DNA of 64,000 bases from Felis catus (GCF_018350175.1 NC_058383.1:25608001-25672000); one strand, 5' to 3'; numbered from the stretch's first letter, positions 24,646 through 38,049 are shown. The notes: generated by a model not told the origin, from the sequence alone. Program-made: numbers and translations.

Positions 24646-24697
<52 letters not shown>

Positions 24698-25076
24698 GAG
24701 ATTGGCTCAGGTTTTTGGAGGCTAAGAAGTCCCAAAATCTGCAAGCTGGAACCCCAGGAACCCTTGTGTAATACCAGTCCAAACCTAAAGGCCTGACAAC
24801 CAAAAGTGCTGATGTCCAAGTACAAGAGAAGATGAATGTCTTAACTCAAGCAGTGAGCAAATTCCACTTCCTCAACCTTTTGGTTCTACTCAAGCTCTCC
24901 ATGGATTAGATCACGCCCACCTGCACTGGTGAGGGGGATCTTCTTACCCAGTCTACCAATTAAAATGCTAATCTCTTCCCAGAACACCATCACAGACACA
25001 CCCAGATGTAATGTTTTACCATCTGCCTGGGCCTCCCTTAGCCCAGTCAAATTGACATACAGAATTAACCATCACA
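24598..25076 (-). mobile_element. MLT2 (ERVL) solo LTR containing (TG)n
   Basis: Reverse strand starts TGTGATGGTTAATTCTGTATGTCAATTTGACTGGGCTAAGG and ends TCTGGAGAACCCTGACTAATAC; approximate 5-bp TSD CCAAA/CCAAC. Confidence 0.88.
24639..24694. repeat. (TG)n microsatellite
   Basis: About 28 units with one interruption. Confidence 0.95.
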
Positions 25077-26091
25077 CCAACTAATCAAGTGGCCCGCCAA
25101 CCTTCAACCTTCCCAGACTCTAGGGTTGAGTCCTTTCTCTGACCTTGCCTTCCAGTGCCCTCCCACCATCTCCTCTTCCTCCTTCATCTCTTCAGTGATT
25201 CCAGGCATTTTATAAAACACAGGAAGAACTATCGACTTTAAGCAGATTCTTCTTTCGATCTTGTAAATACTCCCAAGGGTTAGGAAATGCAATGCTTAGC
25301 AATCTGCTTGAAATGGGAAAAGGGAAACATAAAGGTACAATGAACACAAATTAACATACCAACACATTACCCTGCCAAATATTATATTATACTTATCTAG
25401 TTACTTGACTTTCTCTCATATGCCCTGTGAGTTCCTAGAGGGCAGAGACCAAATCTTACTCAATGCTGTCATTTAGCTCCATCCTGGTATACTGTACGTG
25501 TTCCATAAATATTTCTTGAAATAAATAAAGTACATACTGAGGAAAATGTGGTGGTGGAATTCCCAGAGTCATTCCCAATAGCTTACTTAACACTACCATA
25601 GCCGAAGTCCTCCATTTTATAACTTTTTAAATGGTAGAAAGCAGTTCTGGCAAGTGGTACTAATTCAAGTATTAAATAAGAGACAGTCTTAGATCAGAGG
25701 CAAATGTCCTGCATACAGTAGGAAGTGCATCAGTAAGAAGGGCAAAAACCAGGTTTAATTCACAAGGTCACAGAGAGATCAAGGAAGGCATTTGTGTAGA
25801 TTCTGAACAGAACCCTGAGCCCTTTCAATGGCTTTTGAGGTTAAGAGGATGGTTCTCTTTGACACTGCTACTGCCACTTCAAAAATGAGAGATTTTCATC
25901 AAACATAGAAACAGAGTGTAGAATGGTGGCACCAGGGACAGGGGAGATGCTGGTCACAGCATATAAACCTTCCACTGTAAGATGAAGAAGTTCTAAGGAG
26001 CTCTGTGAGCTTCATTACAGCATTGTGAATACAGTACAGCATTGTGAGTATAGTTAATAATACTGTGTTAGGCACTCAAAATTTGCTGAGA

Positions 26092-26343
26092 GGGGCGCCT
26101 GGGTGGCTTAGTTGGTTATGTGGCCAACTCTTGATTTCGGCTCAGGTCATGATCTCACTGTTCCTGGGATCAAGTCCTGTGTCGGGCTCTGTGCTGAGAG
26201 CACAGAGCCTGCTTGAGATTCTCTCTCTCCCTCTCCCCAACCCTCTCACTCTCTCTCTCTCTCTCTCTGCCCCTCCCCCACTCATGTACATGCACGCACT
26301 CTCTCTCTCTCTCTCTCTAAATAAACAAATAAACATTAAAAAA
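26092..26343 (+). mobile_element. CAN-SINE
   Basis: TSD AAAATTTGCT(G/A)AGAG. Confidence 0.93.
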
Positions 26344-26392
26344 ATTTGCTAAGAGAGTAGATCTTAAGTACTGCCCCATAAAAGGAAAAAAT

Positions 26393-26600
26393 GGAGGTGC
26401 TTGGGTGGCTCAGTCGGTTAAGTGGCCAATTTCAGCTCAGGTCATGCTCTTCAGGTTCGTGGGTTCAAACATTGGGTTATGTGCTGACAGCTCAGAGCCT
26501 GGGGCCTGTTTTGCATTCTGTGTCTCCCTCTCCCTCTGCCCCTCCCCCACACACACTCTGTCTCTCTCTTTCTCTCTCAAAAATAAACATTAAAAATTTT
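26393..26600 (+). mobile_element. CAN-SINE
   Basis: Head, CT tract and tail. Confidence 0.92.
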
Positions 26601-27311
26601 AAGAGAGAAAAAGTAACTATGTGAGGTGATGGATGTGTTGATTAACCTGATTGCGGTAATTATTTCACAAAGTACACATACATCAAATCATCACATTTTA
26701 CACTTTAAATATACACAATTTTATTTGTCAATTATATCATAAAAAAAGCTGAATTTTTATTAAGGAAAAACTAGAGATTTTCCTTCACCTTAATACAGAC
26801 ATATTACCCATACCACTCTGCCACTTAGCAAGCCTGTTTATGACCCTTTAGGGCTTTTATATGAACTGGAAAGAATAAAAGGAAAGAAAGCAAGAGATTT
26901 GCCTAACATCAAAGAGCTAGGAAAAGAAAGTGGTGGTTAAAGGGACATGTATGTGGTATGTGGACCAGTGAAAGGCCCAAAGTAAAACTAAGATTTGTTT
27001 CAAAGAGGACAAGACTGCACAAAATTCCCTTGCAGGAGCAAAATGGAGCCAGTAAGAAAACAAATCTGCTGTCAGGACAGCCACTAGGAAGTGCTATGGG
27101 TCTAATACAACTTGGGTACCATCCAGTTTTACTGGGAACCAAGGGAAAATTATGGTCCATGTTGGAAACTGTCAAGCCACCTGTGTATCACATCTCCACT
27201 ATCACCTGATGCACCTTCTTGTCTCACTAAATGACCCATGCCAGGCACATGCTGCATCCCATTGCACAAATCAGGAAATCTATTAGGAGCCTCCAGCACT
27301 GAAGAACAGCC

Positions 27312-27527
27312 TTTTTTTTTTTTTTAAACTTTTATTTTATTTTTGAGACAGAGAGAGACAGCATGAACAGCAGAGGGTCAGAGAGAGGGAGACACAGAAT
27401 CTGGAACAGGCTCAAGGCTCGGAGCTGTCAGCACAGAGCCCCACGCAGGGCTCGAACTCATGGACCATGAGATCATGACCTGAGCCGAAGTCAGCTGCTT
27501 AACCGACTGAGCCGCTCAGGTGCCCCT
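27312..27527 (-). mobile_element. CAN-SINE
   Basis: TSD CTGAAGAACAG(C/T)CTT. Confidence 0.95.
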
Positions 27528-27767
27528 GAAGAACAGTCTTAATGTCAATTGTTATTATTCATGTCCCATGCCTGCTTCTTGGTCTCAGTCCAGATCCAAA
27601 TTATTCAGGCCCTCACTGAGTACTTGTTCCCTTTGTTGAGGTCTATCTATTCCTACACTGTTGATTTGAGCCCTGGGTCCACCTCTCAGTCCCACCACAT
27701 GCCTTGCCAAGGTCTTTACCTCCCAATTCCCATTGCTATCATCTCTTGCTTGAGATACTGCAGCAGC

Positions 27768-27876
27768 CTTTTATTTATTTATTTTTTTAAGTAAGCTCTA
27801 TGCCCAATGTGGGGCTTGAACTCATGACCCCAAGATCAAGAGTCACATGTTCTACCAACTGAGCCAGCCAGGCACC
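27768..27876 (-). mobile_element. Short old CAN-SINE variant (no CT tract)
   Basis: GGGCTTGAACTCATGACCCCAAGATCAAGAGTC...CAACTGAGCCAGCCAGGCACC. Confidence 0.8.
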
Positions 27877-28744
27877 ACTGTTGCAGCCTCTTTATCAGTC
27901 TCTCTGCCCTTACTCTTGCCCTCCATTCTCCAAATATCAGCCACAGTGATCCTTCAAAAACCAAAATTAGTTGCTTAAAACCCTCCAGCGACTTCCTGCT
28001 GCAATTAGAATAAAATTGAACATCTTTACCATGGCCCATGGGGCCCCAGATTATTTGGACCCTGACCACATCTTTGCTACATGGCCATTCTTTCTTTTCT
28101 TTGCTTACACTTATTTTCTATCTCAAGATCTCTTCATGAGTCAGGGATGGTCCTGAAACTTGCTTGACTCCCAGGGGACATACCTTTGGTTCAACAAAAT
28201 CTATGGCTCTACTGCCCAATGCTCTCTGTATTAACTTAGTGCCTTGTCAGGATGACCTTGGAGGATGCACTGGGGACTGATCTGGAAACCAATGCCCATG
28301 TACCAAGCTGAGTCACTGGTGCCCTCCCTTTGGGTTACTAGACAATTCCAACCACCACACCTCTACCCTCAGCCTTCATGAGACATAAATCAGTGGCCCA
28401 AATCCACCACCTTCTCTGGATCTTCTGAGTATACTCATCACATTCGTATGTGTCAAACCTTTCAGCACTACTCACTTAGAAAGGAGAGAAGGCCAGAAAT
28501 TGGATGGTGGGGACAAGGGGCAGCAGTTAATCAAGAAAAGATGAAATTACACATGCTGTCTGCAGAGTTCTTTCTCCTGAGCTCCAGGAATGGTCTATGA
28601 CCTTGTCCTGCAATCTCTGTTCCTTTGCCACCTGGGAACAAACATTTTCCAAGGAAGGGGCTAAAGTGAAGGGACGAGAGAGAAAGAGAGAAAGAGAGAG
28701 ACAGAGAGGGAGGGAGAGATCCTTGCAATAAAGGTCCAGCCAAT

Positions 28745-28945
28745 GGGGCACCTGGGTGGCTCACTCGGTTAAGCCTCCGACTTTGGCTCAGGTCATGATC
28801 TCACAGTTCGTGAGCTCGAGCCCTGTGTCGGGCTCTGCGCTGACAGCTCGAAGCCCGGAGCCTGCTTCGGATTCTGTGTCTCCCTCTCTCTCTGCCCCTC
28901 TTCTGCTCTCTCTCTCTCAAAAATAAATAAACATTAAAAAAAAAA
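28745..28945 (+). mobile_element. CAN-SINE
   Basis: TSD AAGGTCCAGCCAATG. Confidence 0.95.
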
Positions 28946-29112
28946 TGTTTAAGGTCCAGCCAATGCACTACTATTTGACCTTTGCTCTTTAGATGACCTC
29001 CACTGCTCATTCATGAGCCAATGGAAATAAACATTGACTGCTGTCTGCCAAGGCCCCTCTCTTCTTTCAGAAACCATGACCTCACCTTTTAAAAAAAAAT
29101 TCTCCTTCCTAT

Positions 29113-29493
29113 TGTGAAAACTAGACAACGGACCCAAAATGGAGTCACTTATGCTAAGCCCTATGTCACCAAATTGAGACTTTTTTACAGCTTTGGCTCT
29201 CCCAGAAATGGAATCTCAAGCCTGTCAATCAGGCATTGCTTGATCAGCATTAGTTGAGTAATGTGCCTGATAGACCCTTACTATCTTCTAAGGAAAGTGA
29301 CCTTGCAATAACAGTCCATTTTTTTGCCCAGTGTAACTTCTTCATTCCTCCTCTTTTCTACCTATAATAACCTTTCATTTGTACAGTTCCTTGGAGCTCC
29401 TTTCTTTCTGCTGGATGGGATGCTCCCAATTCATGAATTGTTGAATAAAGCCAATTAAGATCCTTAAAATTTACATGGTTGAACTTTTTAATA
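29113..29493 (+). mobile_element. ERV1-class solo LTR (MER34-like), old
   Basis: TG start, CCCAAAATGGAGTCACTTATGCTAAG motif, TATA-like CTATAATAA, AATAAAGCCAATTAAGATC near the end. Confidence 0.6.
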
Positions 29494-29842
29494 CTGTGAA
29501 ACTCATTCCTTTCATAAGAACCTATGCCACAGTCTCCAGACTTCTGTACTGCACACCCCATTAATAAAATGTTGTTGAACATGCACTCCCACTATCTACA
29601 TACATGTATACACAGATTATTTGCATGTCCTATTGTATGGATACATCAGATGATTATAAAACATCCCCAGAGGTGGGGTGGGGAATTTTTAAGAATGAAA
29701 TGAAAAACAAAGAGAGAAGCCTAATTTTTTTCTCATAGCCCAAGAAATGTCTCTATTTAGAAGTCCAGTGCCCTGAACAGTGAAGGTTCCTGCCCCCCCC
29801 CAAAAAAACTCAATATAAATCATTTATGCAAATATATATTCC

Positions 29843-29863
29843 TTTTTTTAATGTTTATTTATT

Positions 29864-29908
<45 letters not shown>

Positions 29909-30026
29909 CCAAAGCAGGTTCTGTGCTGAGAGGGCAAAGCCCAATGAGGGGCTCGAACTCACAAACCATGAGATCATGACCTGAGCGGATCTTGGATGCT
30001 TAACTAACTCAGCCACCCAGGTACCC
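29843..30026 (-). mobile_element. CAN-SINE with expanded (GA)n
   Basis: Antisense head AGCCACCCAGGTACCC. Confidence 0.9.
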
Positions 30027-30139
30027 TTATAAATAAATATTCCTCAAGGGGATTCATAATTACCTAGCAAACCTATGCAAATCACCATCTCCTTAAACCT
30101 CTAACTTCCAATAAACCACTTAGACAAACTAACATATTC

Positions 30140-30357
30140 TTTTTTTTTTTTTTTAACGTTTATTTATTTTTGGGACAGAGAGAGACAGAGCATGAACGGG
30201 GGAGGGGCAGAGAGAGAGGGAGACACAGAATCGGAAACAGGCTCCAGGCTCTGAGCTATCAGCCCAGAGCCTGACGCGGGGCTCGAACTCGCAGACTGCG
30301 AGATCGTGACCTGGCTGAAGTCGGACGCTTAACCGACTGAGCCACCCAGGCGCCCCC
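30140..30357 (-). mobile_element. Young SINEC_Fc-type SINE
   Basis: TSD CAAACTAACATATTCTT; CpG-rich. Confidence 0.97.
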
Positions 30358-30394
30358 AAACTAACATATTCTTAAAGACCCAACAGTTTAGCAG

Positions 30395-30535
30395 CTGCAG
30401 TTCCTTAAGTGTGGTCCATGGACCAGCAATGCGAGGATCACCTGAGAACACATCAGCAAAGCACAATCTTAGGCCCAACCTCAGACCTGCTGAATCAGCA
30501 TCTGCAAGTGACTAAGATATCCAGGTGAGTCTTGA
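30395..30535. mobile_element. MER5A-like hAT fossil
   Basis: CTTAAGTGTGGTCCATGGACCAGCA...GATCACCTGAGAAC...CAGACCTGCTGAATCAGCATCTGCA. Confidence 0.65.
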
Positions 30536-31449
30536 CAAGCATTAATCTAAAATATTGTTTCCCAAAATCCCCCATTATAAGAACCACCTGTGATATGTGA
30601 ACACTACATCCTCCATTCCCACTCCAGACTTCTTGAACCGGAACCTTCTGTGGCAGGCCCTGGGAAACTGTATTTTTGTAATTCTTGTAACTCTCAGATC
30701 AGGCAAGTTGGAAACAGTTGCCTTTAAGGGGCTCCTAGCTATGTCAAAGCCTCTTCATTTTTCGGAATAAAGAGTCTATAAGGGGCAGGTGCACAAGAGA
30801 ATTAAGTATGAAGCCAGAGAGGCAACGACCAGTCTCCTACCTATGCACCCATCTGGCAGAACTCAAGGCTACAAGTTGGGAAAGGATGGCAGGGGATGGA
30901 CACCCTCCAACCTCAGCATTCACTGCAGGCAGACTGTGGCTCACTTTAGTGAACACCTTCACTTCCATAGGGGAGCAAAGGTTGTTTTTTCTGTAATCAG
31001 TGATTAACAGAACTTAAGATGTATATGACATGAGTTTTATGTAAAGCATCTATAATGAAATCACAAATATGGGCTTGAAAGGGAAATAGAATAAATTATT
31101 CACAAGGGAAGCCTCAGCTTTGGAAGTCTGAATTGGGGTCTGTCATCTAGTGGGCAAGATCAGTGAGTGTGTGTTCACTTGCTCTAACTGGATATATCAG
31201 ATATCCCCCAAATACACTGCTATTTAGACCAAAATAATTTAAGTGGATAAAATAAAATCCAAGAAAGCCAGTATCTGAAATGGCATTCAACTGCTACTGT
31301 GTCAAAGAACTTCAAGATTTACAAATAATGAGCTTTGAGGTATGGGGAATGTTTCCTCTAAAGACTTTCTTTACCTGGTTTATTATCTCAATTTTACTGT
31401 GCAATAGCATGCCATTTCACAAAAAGAAAAATGGTTAACCATCTAGCAA

Positions 31450-31670
31450 TCATAGCAGTTACCATTTGTTGAGTGCCTACTATGTGCCAGGCATTGCGCT
31501 AAGTCTTGCATGAGGAAGATAGTATTATTACCACCACCATCCCCATTTTGACCTCTGAGGCTCAGTGAGGTTAAGTAATTTGCCCAAGGTCATGCAGCTG
31601 GTCAGGGGCAGAGCCAGTACTGGAATGCACATTTCCTGATTCTAGAGTTTGGGTTTTCAATCCCTATGTT
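31450..31670 (-). mobile_element. MIR SINE
   Basis: TTGAGTGCCTACTATGTGCCAGGCATTG...GAGGCTCAGTGAGGTTAAGTAATTTGCCCAAGGTCATGCAGCTGGT. Confidence 0.8.
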
Positions 31671-33489
31671 GCCTGCTTTTCCCAAAACTCACACACCAGG
31701 GGATACCAAACTCTGTCCTCACGTGATGATAACTATCTGGAAGCCCTGCCTTTGATCGGCAAAGATGTATTGAGTGTTTACTACATGCTATGTACAATGC
31801 CAACTGCTAGGAACCCCATAACCTCCACCCTCAAGTGTTCATGGGTAGATGCAGAGATACATAAGCACCTAAATAAACTGTACAGGTACATAAGTATAAG
31901 TTAAATGTTGACGCACAAAAAGAAAGCAGATAACTCTCTCTGGATTGGAGGGACTGAGACAAATTTGTGGAAGAGACCTACCTGAAAGATGAGAGAGTAA
32001 GTGCTAGACAGAGCACAGACTACATTTGGGGATCAACTATGCCAAAGTCGGGGCCTCACAAGGGTCTAAAAAGCAATTTGTGCTGCAATATCTGGGTAGA
32101 AGGAACAGCAAGAAGTGTGACAGATAAACCCATTGTAGACTATCTACTGTTTTGTCTTCCCCATAACTTTCTTCCTCTGGTAATTGGTCCTTTCCCAGCT
32201 CTGTCTGTAACATTTCCATAAGAGCTGCCAAGTTCTTTGCCCTCAAGCCACAATTGATTGGTTAGATGGGCACTTGACCCAAGTTGGGTCAATCAGAGGC
32301 CACAAGGTGGCCTCTCTCTAGTTGGTACAATCATGATTTGAAAGTCAACACCTGTGGCCACCATACTTCCTACTACATGGAGAAAACTCATCCATCATGA
32401 GAGAATTAAGCTAACAGGTGGACAGGAACAGAAACAAGAAAACAATAGTCCTGCTTCATGAGGCCCAACTGCCTCACAACCTGCCTGTGGCTATTCAATA
32501 GATCCCTATTGGCCTAGGCAACTTTGAGTTGTGTTTCTGTCACTTCCAATCAAACCACTATATATGTGTTATGTAGTTTCCAAAAGATGAATCAATTATT
32601 ACCAATTCTTGATTCATCTATTCCCTATGAATTCAATTTCATTCTAAAATATCTGTTGAGCACCTAGCATGTGTCAGACCAAGCTGTAACTAGGATGAGG
32701 TGACTGAAATTTGCTCCAAGGCACCAAAACTTAGGTTTGAATATCAATGGGTTGAGAGGGCTTTGGAAAAATGGGTGAAGCTCTCAAACCTTAAAAAAAA
32801 AAATACTCTTTACGATGGTGTTATCAGTCAAATGTGAAGAGAAAGATGTCATATTGTACTGTCACTTAATTTTGGTAGAGAAATATGTATAAAAAAAGGT
32901 GATGAATTTTTTGTTTAACCTAAGATTTAGTAGAGAGTTGTCAATTGAACCAAAATCATATTCAATGCATCAAACATAATATAAAACTTAGCTTTCCCAA
33001 TTCTATATCTCCATCTTTCCATTTTTTCATTGTTGTTGGTCATTTTTCCCCCACCGTCTATAATGAAATCTTGGTCCCCTTTTAAAGGAGATTCACTTTC
33101 AGTGGGCTGACCCAAGTACAAATTATCTTTGGATAACCAGGACCTCCTATAGTTAAAATAATCAGTTACCAGATGGTGCATGATGGGAACACATCCTGCT
33201 TCTCAGGATAACAAATGACAAGTTCAGCCAGTACTAATGGATCCTGTGGATCCAGAGTCCCTGCCCTCATGGAGCTTTCAGTCTAGCTAGAAGACTGAAA
33301 CCCCTTCCACTTAAATTACTCTTTTGGTGCTGAAGCTATTGAAAGAGAGGACGTTTGCCCAGGACTTCCACTGTGTCACATCCTTTCTCCACCCTCCCCT
33401 ATGAGTCCCCAGGCCTAGCAGACTCCCTGGGGGCTCCTAGCCTGCCCTTTTATATAGGGAGGCATTTTTACCATGGATACCTTCCTCTA

Positions 33490-33955
33490 GAGCAGGACTT
33501 TTTCTGCAAACTTTTTCTGCAAAGGGACAGGTAGCAAATATTTTAGAGTTTGCAAGCCATATAGTCTTTGTCGCAACTGCTCAACTCTGCTGATGCCCCA
33601 CAAACGCAGCCATAAGCAAACAATATATAAATACATAGTGTTGGGGCGCCTGGGTGGCGCAGTCAGTTAAGCGTCCGACTTCAGCCAGGTCACGATCTCG
33701 CGGTCTGTGAGTTCGAGCCCCGCGTCAGGCTCTGGGCTGATGGCTCAGAGCCTGGAGCCTGTTTCCGATTCTGTGTCTCCCTGTCTCTCTGCCCCTCCCC
33801 CGTTCATGCTCTGTCTCTCTCTGTCCCAAAAATAAATAAACGTTGAAAAAAAAAATTAAAAAAAAAAATAGTGTCTGTATGCCAATAAAACTTTATTTAC
33901 AAAAATAGGTGGTGGGCCAGATTTGGCCCTCAGGCCATAGTTTACTGACCCTTCC
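33490..33955 (-). mobile_element. MER58A-like MITE split by a SINE
   Basis: AACTTTTTCTGCAAAGGG...GTCGCAACTGCTCAACTCTGC | SINE | CCAATAAAACTTTATTTACAAAAATAGGTGGTGGGCCAGATTTGGCCC. Confidence 0.85.
33643..33868 (+). mobile_element. Young SINEC_Fc-type SINE
   Basis: Diagnostic young sites, CpG-rich. Confidence 0.96.
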
Positions 33956-36026
33956 TCTAGGTCATTTAGGGAACAGAGATGTGCTAGTCCTAGGCCTGTT
34001 TCTCAGAGACACTCCCCCTACTCCCAGCAGTGCTGACCCCTGCAGGCTATTTCCCAGGCTCTTGAATCAGTTAGAAGTTGACCACAGTTGGCAGGACAAT
34101 GGATGGTGGGAGGAAGCACAACGCCAGGATAGCTCTCCTTCCCTGCACTCTGGATTCAGTCACCTTCTCCAGCAGCAGCTCTGACGTCTCTGAGGCTTCA
34201 GCCCGCAGAAGACATATGTGCCACTGTTCTTCTAGAAGCTTCTTCCATTGTTCTTCTAGAAGCTTCTTCTAGAAGAGCCCAGCCTTGGGCTCTGCCAACC
34301 CTACTCCCTCCCTTTGTCCTTCCAGCCCTGCTGATGGAGGTAGCTTCCTGCTTTGGGTTGCATCACAGTGCTCTGCTTGGCTCCCAGCTCTTCCTTCTCA
34401 TGTATTACATACCCCCTGAGTATATAAATTCCCTCAGTTTAAAAAAAAACCTGGAGTAGTTTCTTTCTGTCTCCCCCCGTGATTTGGATCCTGGCTGATC
34501 CAGGAAGCAATGATTATTATGCCTTTGCTCTCCAAAAGCAAACAGTGCTAAGAAACATTGCTGGCTGGGCCTGAGCAGGTTTTAAAGATGATATCCTTTC
34601 CTGGCTCTGTTGGAAGAAATAATGAGTTTAGCAGAGAAAGCACTTTGCTTTGAGAGCGAATCTTTCAGCAGTGCTTGACCTGAGCTGATGGATGGGTGTG
34701 TGCACGGAAAGCTGCGCCATTCGGCTACTGAGGAAGGATCACAGAAAGTGGGTGGAGAAGTGAAAGGAGGGCTGAGTGAAAGTATCCTGTCCACTTCCCA
34801 CCTGAACACTTCCCACAGCCAGTTTCTGTTTGATGCAAAAAACAGTGACTGTGATAACGCTGTGTGTTATGCACTATAATTATTAAAATGAAAATAAATA
34901 TACAGAAAGCTAAGAGTTTTGCATACTTATCTTGGTATTTCCCAAACTTGCTTATTAAAATTACCCATTCCTGCACCCCACCTCAGTTTTATTGACTCCA
35001 CAGATAAAGCTGACAAGCTGAGTTTTAATAAACAGCTAAGTGATCCAAGGACCAGGTAAGTTAGGAGCAAAAGGTATCATGTCATTTCATTTTACATCAT
35101 ATGTGTGAATTAAATTACTCTTATCTTCAATTTACAGATGGTGAAAATAAAGCTCAGAGAAGCAAGGAGGCTTCAAAAGGACCACACACCTAGGAAATGG
35201 TAGGGCTTGATTCAAATCCAGTTTTGTTAGGCTCCAAATCCCAGAGTACATGTTCCAGGTAGTTCACTGGCTACCTCCAATGAGCTATATGCTTGTCATG
35301 CATCTTTATCTTCACCATAACCATGTGGAGTAGGTATTACTAACCTAAGAATAACTAGGAGGTAAAATGGGATTTGAACCCAGTTCCATCCAGCCTCTTG
35401 CCCATGTCCTCCTACACCTTCCTTTTGGCCCCAGCTTTTTACCTACAGTTGTGGCTTCTCTGCACTTTCAGGGATATGCCCAATGTCAACTGGAACAAGG
35501 GGCAGGTGTCTGTCTATCTGCCTGTCTATCTATCTTTCCATCCATCCATCCATCCATCCACCCACCTCAGGCAGGAGATGAAGCCAACACAAAGGAGAGG
35601 ACTGTATGTCAGGTGCTAACCTTTTCCCCACTACATGCATGATCATATCAGTCCTCACAAGCCCATGAAGGAAGTGCTATCAGGAGTCTCATGTCACAGG
35701 TGAAGAAAAAGAGGCATAATTTTTTAAGTCACTCAACCCAAAGTCACACAGCTGGAATTGAAGCCAGACAGACCAACACCCAAGCCCACTCTATGGTATG
35801 ATGCCTTGGGGACAGGATGTGTGAGCAGGCCAAGGGTCAGAGAATGTGATGCTGAAATAAGGGAAGCCACAGTCAGTCTTCAAGCTCCCTTCATGTCTCT
35901 GTCTTTATGGTGGTTCCCAAGCCTTTCATAAAATGTGTCCCAAACAGTCCAGCCTGACATCAGGCACACTATGGAGGGCATCAAAAATAGGGTCTCCTTG
36001 GTAGGCACTCAAAAGAAATGAAAACA

Positions 36027-36190
36027 GGGGCTTCTGGGGGTGGCTCAGTAGGTTAAGCATCTGATTGTTTATTTTTGGCTCAGGTCATGATCTCCCAGTT
36101 TATGAGTTCGAGCCACGTGTCAAGCTCAGTGCTGACAGCACACAACCAGCTTGGGATTCTCTCTCTCCCTCTCTCTTCCATGTTCTCTCA

Positions 36191-36221
<31 letters not shown>

Positions 36222-36238
36222 CAATAAATAAATTTTTT
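36027..36238 (+). mobile_element. CAN-SINE
   Basis: Head, CT tract and tail; TSD-like AATGAAAA. Confidence 0.9.
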
Positions 36239-36620
36239 AATGAAAATATTTCCACACAAAGACTTCACATGAATGTTACAGAGCAGTGTTATTCATGATG
36301 ACCAAGAAGCAGATGTGATGTAAACACTGATTGAGTGGTAAACAGATAAACTGGGGTACACACACAATGGGAAACTACTCAGCAATAAAAAGGAACAAAC
36401 TACTAACACACACAACATGGATGAATCCCAAAAACATTATGCCACGTGAAAGACAGATGCAGAAAATACTCATGTCGTATCATTTCATTTATATGAAATT
36501 TCCAGAAAGGGCAGATCTACAGGGAAGGAAAATACATTAGTGGCAGCTGGGGCTGGAGGTAAGAATAAGGATTAGCTGGAAATGAAGGATCTTTGGGGGA
36601 TAATAAAAATGATGTAAAAC

Positions 36621-36954
36621 TGGGGTGCCTAGCTGTTGGTAGAGCATGTGACTCTTTTTTTTTCAATGTTTATTTTTTTTTGGGGGGGGGGACAGAGAGA
36701 GACAGAGCATGAACGGGGGAGGGGCAGAGAGACAGGGAGACACAGAATCGGAAACAGGCTCCAGGCTCTGAGCCATCAGCCCAGAGCCTGACGCGGGGCT
36801 CGAACCCACAGACCGCGAGATCGTGACCTGGCTGAAGTCGGACGCTTAACCGACTGCGCCACCCAGGCGCCCCAGAGCATGTGACTCTTAATCTCAGGGT
36901 TGTATGTTCAAGCCCCATGTTGGTTGTGGAACCTACTTAATTAAAAAAAAAAAA
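36621..36954 (+). mobile_element. Short old CAN-SINE split by a young antisense SINE
   Basis: GGGGTGCCTAGCTG...AGAGCATGTGACTCT | insert | TAATCTCAGGGTTGTATGTTCAAGCCCC. Confidence 0.8.
36655..36873 (-). mobile_element. Young SINEC_Fc-type SINE
   Basis: TSD AGAGCATGTGACTCTT. Confidence 0.96.
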
Positions 36955-37242
36955 TCTAAAACTAAATTGTAATGATAAGTATTAACTAAAAAAATCATTG
37001 AACTATATACTTAAACTGGGTGATCTTATATAAGTGATACCTCAATAAAGCTGCTTTTACAAATAAGAATAGGTCAAAGGCCATAAAGAGGACCGTTGTC
37101 ACCCTTGAATCAAACCATGTAGCTGCAGCCTCCAGAAGCCATCCAGGGCAAGACACATCTCCCAGAACAAAAGTTGGGGAAACAAAGGCTGATCCTCCCC
37201 ACTGAGACTCTCTCTCTAACAGGGGTTCCAGACTGTCTTTTC

Positions 37243-37457
37243 TTTTTTTATTTTTTTATATTTATTTATTTTTGAGGGAGAGAGATAGAGCATGAGCAAG
37301 AATGGGGCAGAGAGAGAGGGAGGCACAGCATCCAAAGTAGGCTCCGGGCTCTGAGCTGTCAGCACAGAGACCAAAGCAGGACTTGAAATCACAAACCACA
37401 GGATTATGACCTGAGCCGAAGTGTGACACTTAACCAAATGAGCCACCCAGGTGTCCC
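37243..37457 (-). mobile_element. CAN-SINE
   Basis: Antisense head and tail. Confidence 0.92.
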
Positions 37458-37461
37458 ATTC

Positions 37462-37683
37462 TTTTTTTTTTTTTTTTAATGTTTATTTATTTATTTTGAG
37501 AGAGAGAGAGAGAAAGAGCATGCACACGAGCAGGGGAGAGGCAGAAAGAAAGAATCCCAAGCAGGCTCCGCACCATCAGCACAGATCCCAACGCAGGGCT
37601 TGATCTCATGAATTGTGAGATCATGACCTGAGCTGAAATCAAGAGTCAGATGCTTAACCAACTGGGCCACCCAGGCACACCCA
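37462..37683 (-). mobile_element. CAN-SINE
   Basis: Antisense head and tail, tandem with the previous copy. Confidence 0.92.
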
Positions 37684-38049
37684 GGCATTATTTTCTTAAG
37701 AAAGGTAATATGCCCTCCCTCCCTCCCTCTCTGGTCTCTCTCCCTTGGGAAATTCCCCAGTGTCCCAACTGAGCAATGTTTTAGAAATCTCTCTCCAGAT
37801 GCATCAGCTTATCCCTCAGACAACAAGTACCCAGCAAGTGTTTGCAGTGTATGTCCAGACATCTTTCTCCTCATTGTGGGGGCAGGTGGCCAGCCAGGTG
37901 GTAGAGGAAAGCCAAGGGCTCTGGGCTGGAGAGGCAGGCCTCTCATGCAAATCAAGCAGAATACAGACTGAAAAGTGTCCACTGGACTTCAGGCACTGAG
38001 GTTACTGGCAAATTTAATGAGAGTGTAGAGCTTACATTCTAGGAAAGGA

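Larger units (their letters stand above)
25900..26750 (+). mobile_element. Old L1M(A-like) 3'UTR fragment with two SINE insertions
   Basis: CATAGAAACAGAGTGTAGAATGGTGG...TATAGTTAATAATACTGT...AATTTGCTAAGAGAGTAGATCTTAAG...GTAACTATGTGAGGTGATGG. Confidence 0.8.
35995..37060 (+). mobile_element. Old L1M 3' fragment with SINE insertions
   Basis: AAAGAAATGAAAAC...CCACACAAAGACTT...ACTACTCAGCAATAAAAAGGAACAAACTAC...CAACATGGATGAATC...ACCTCAATAAAGCTG. Confidence 0.8.
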
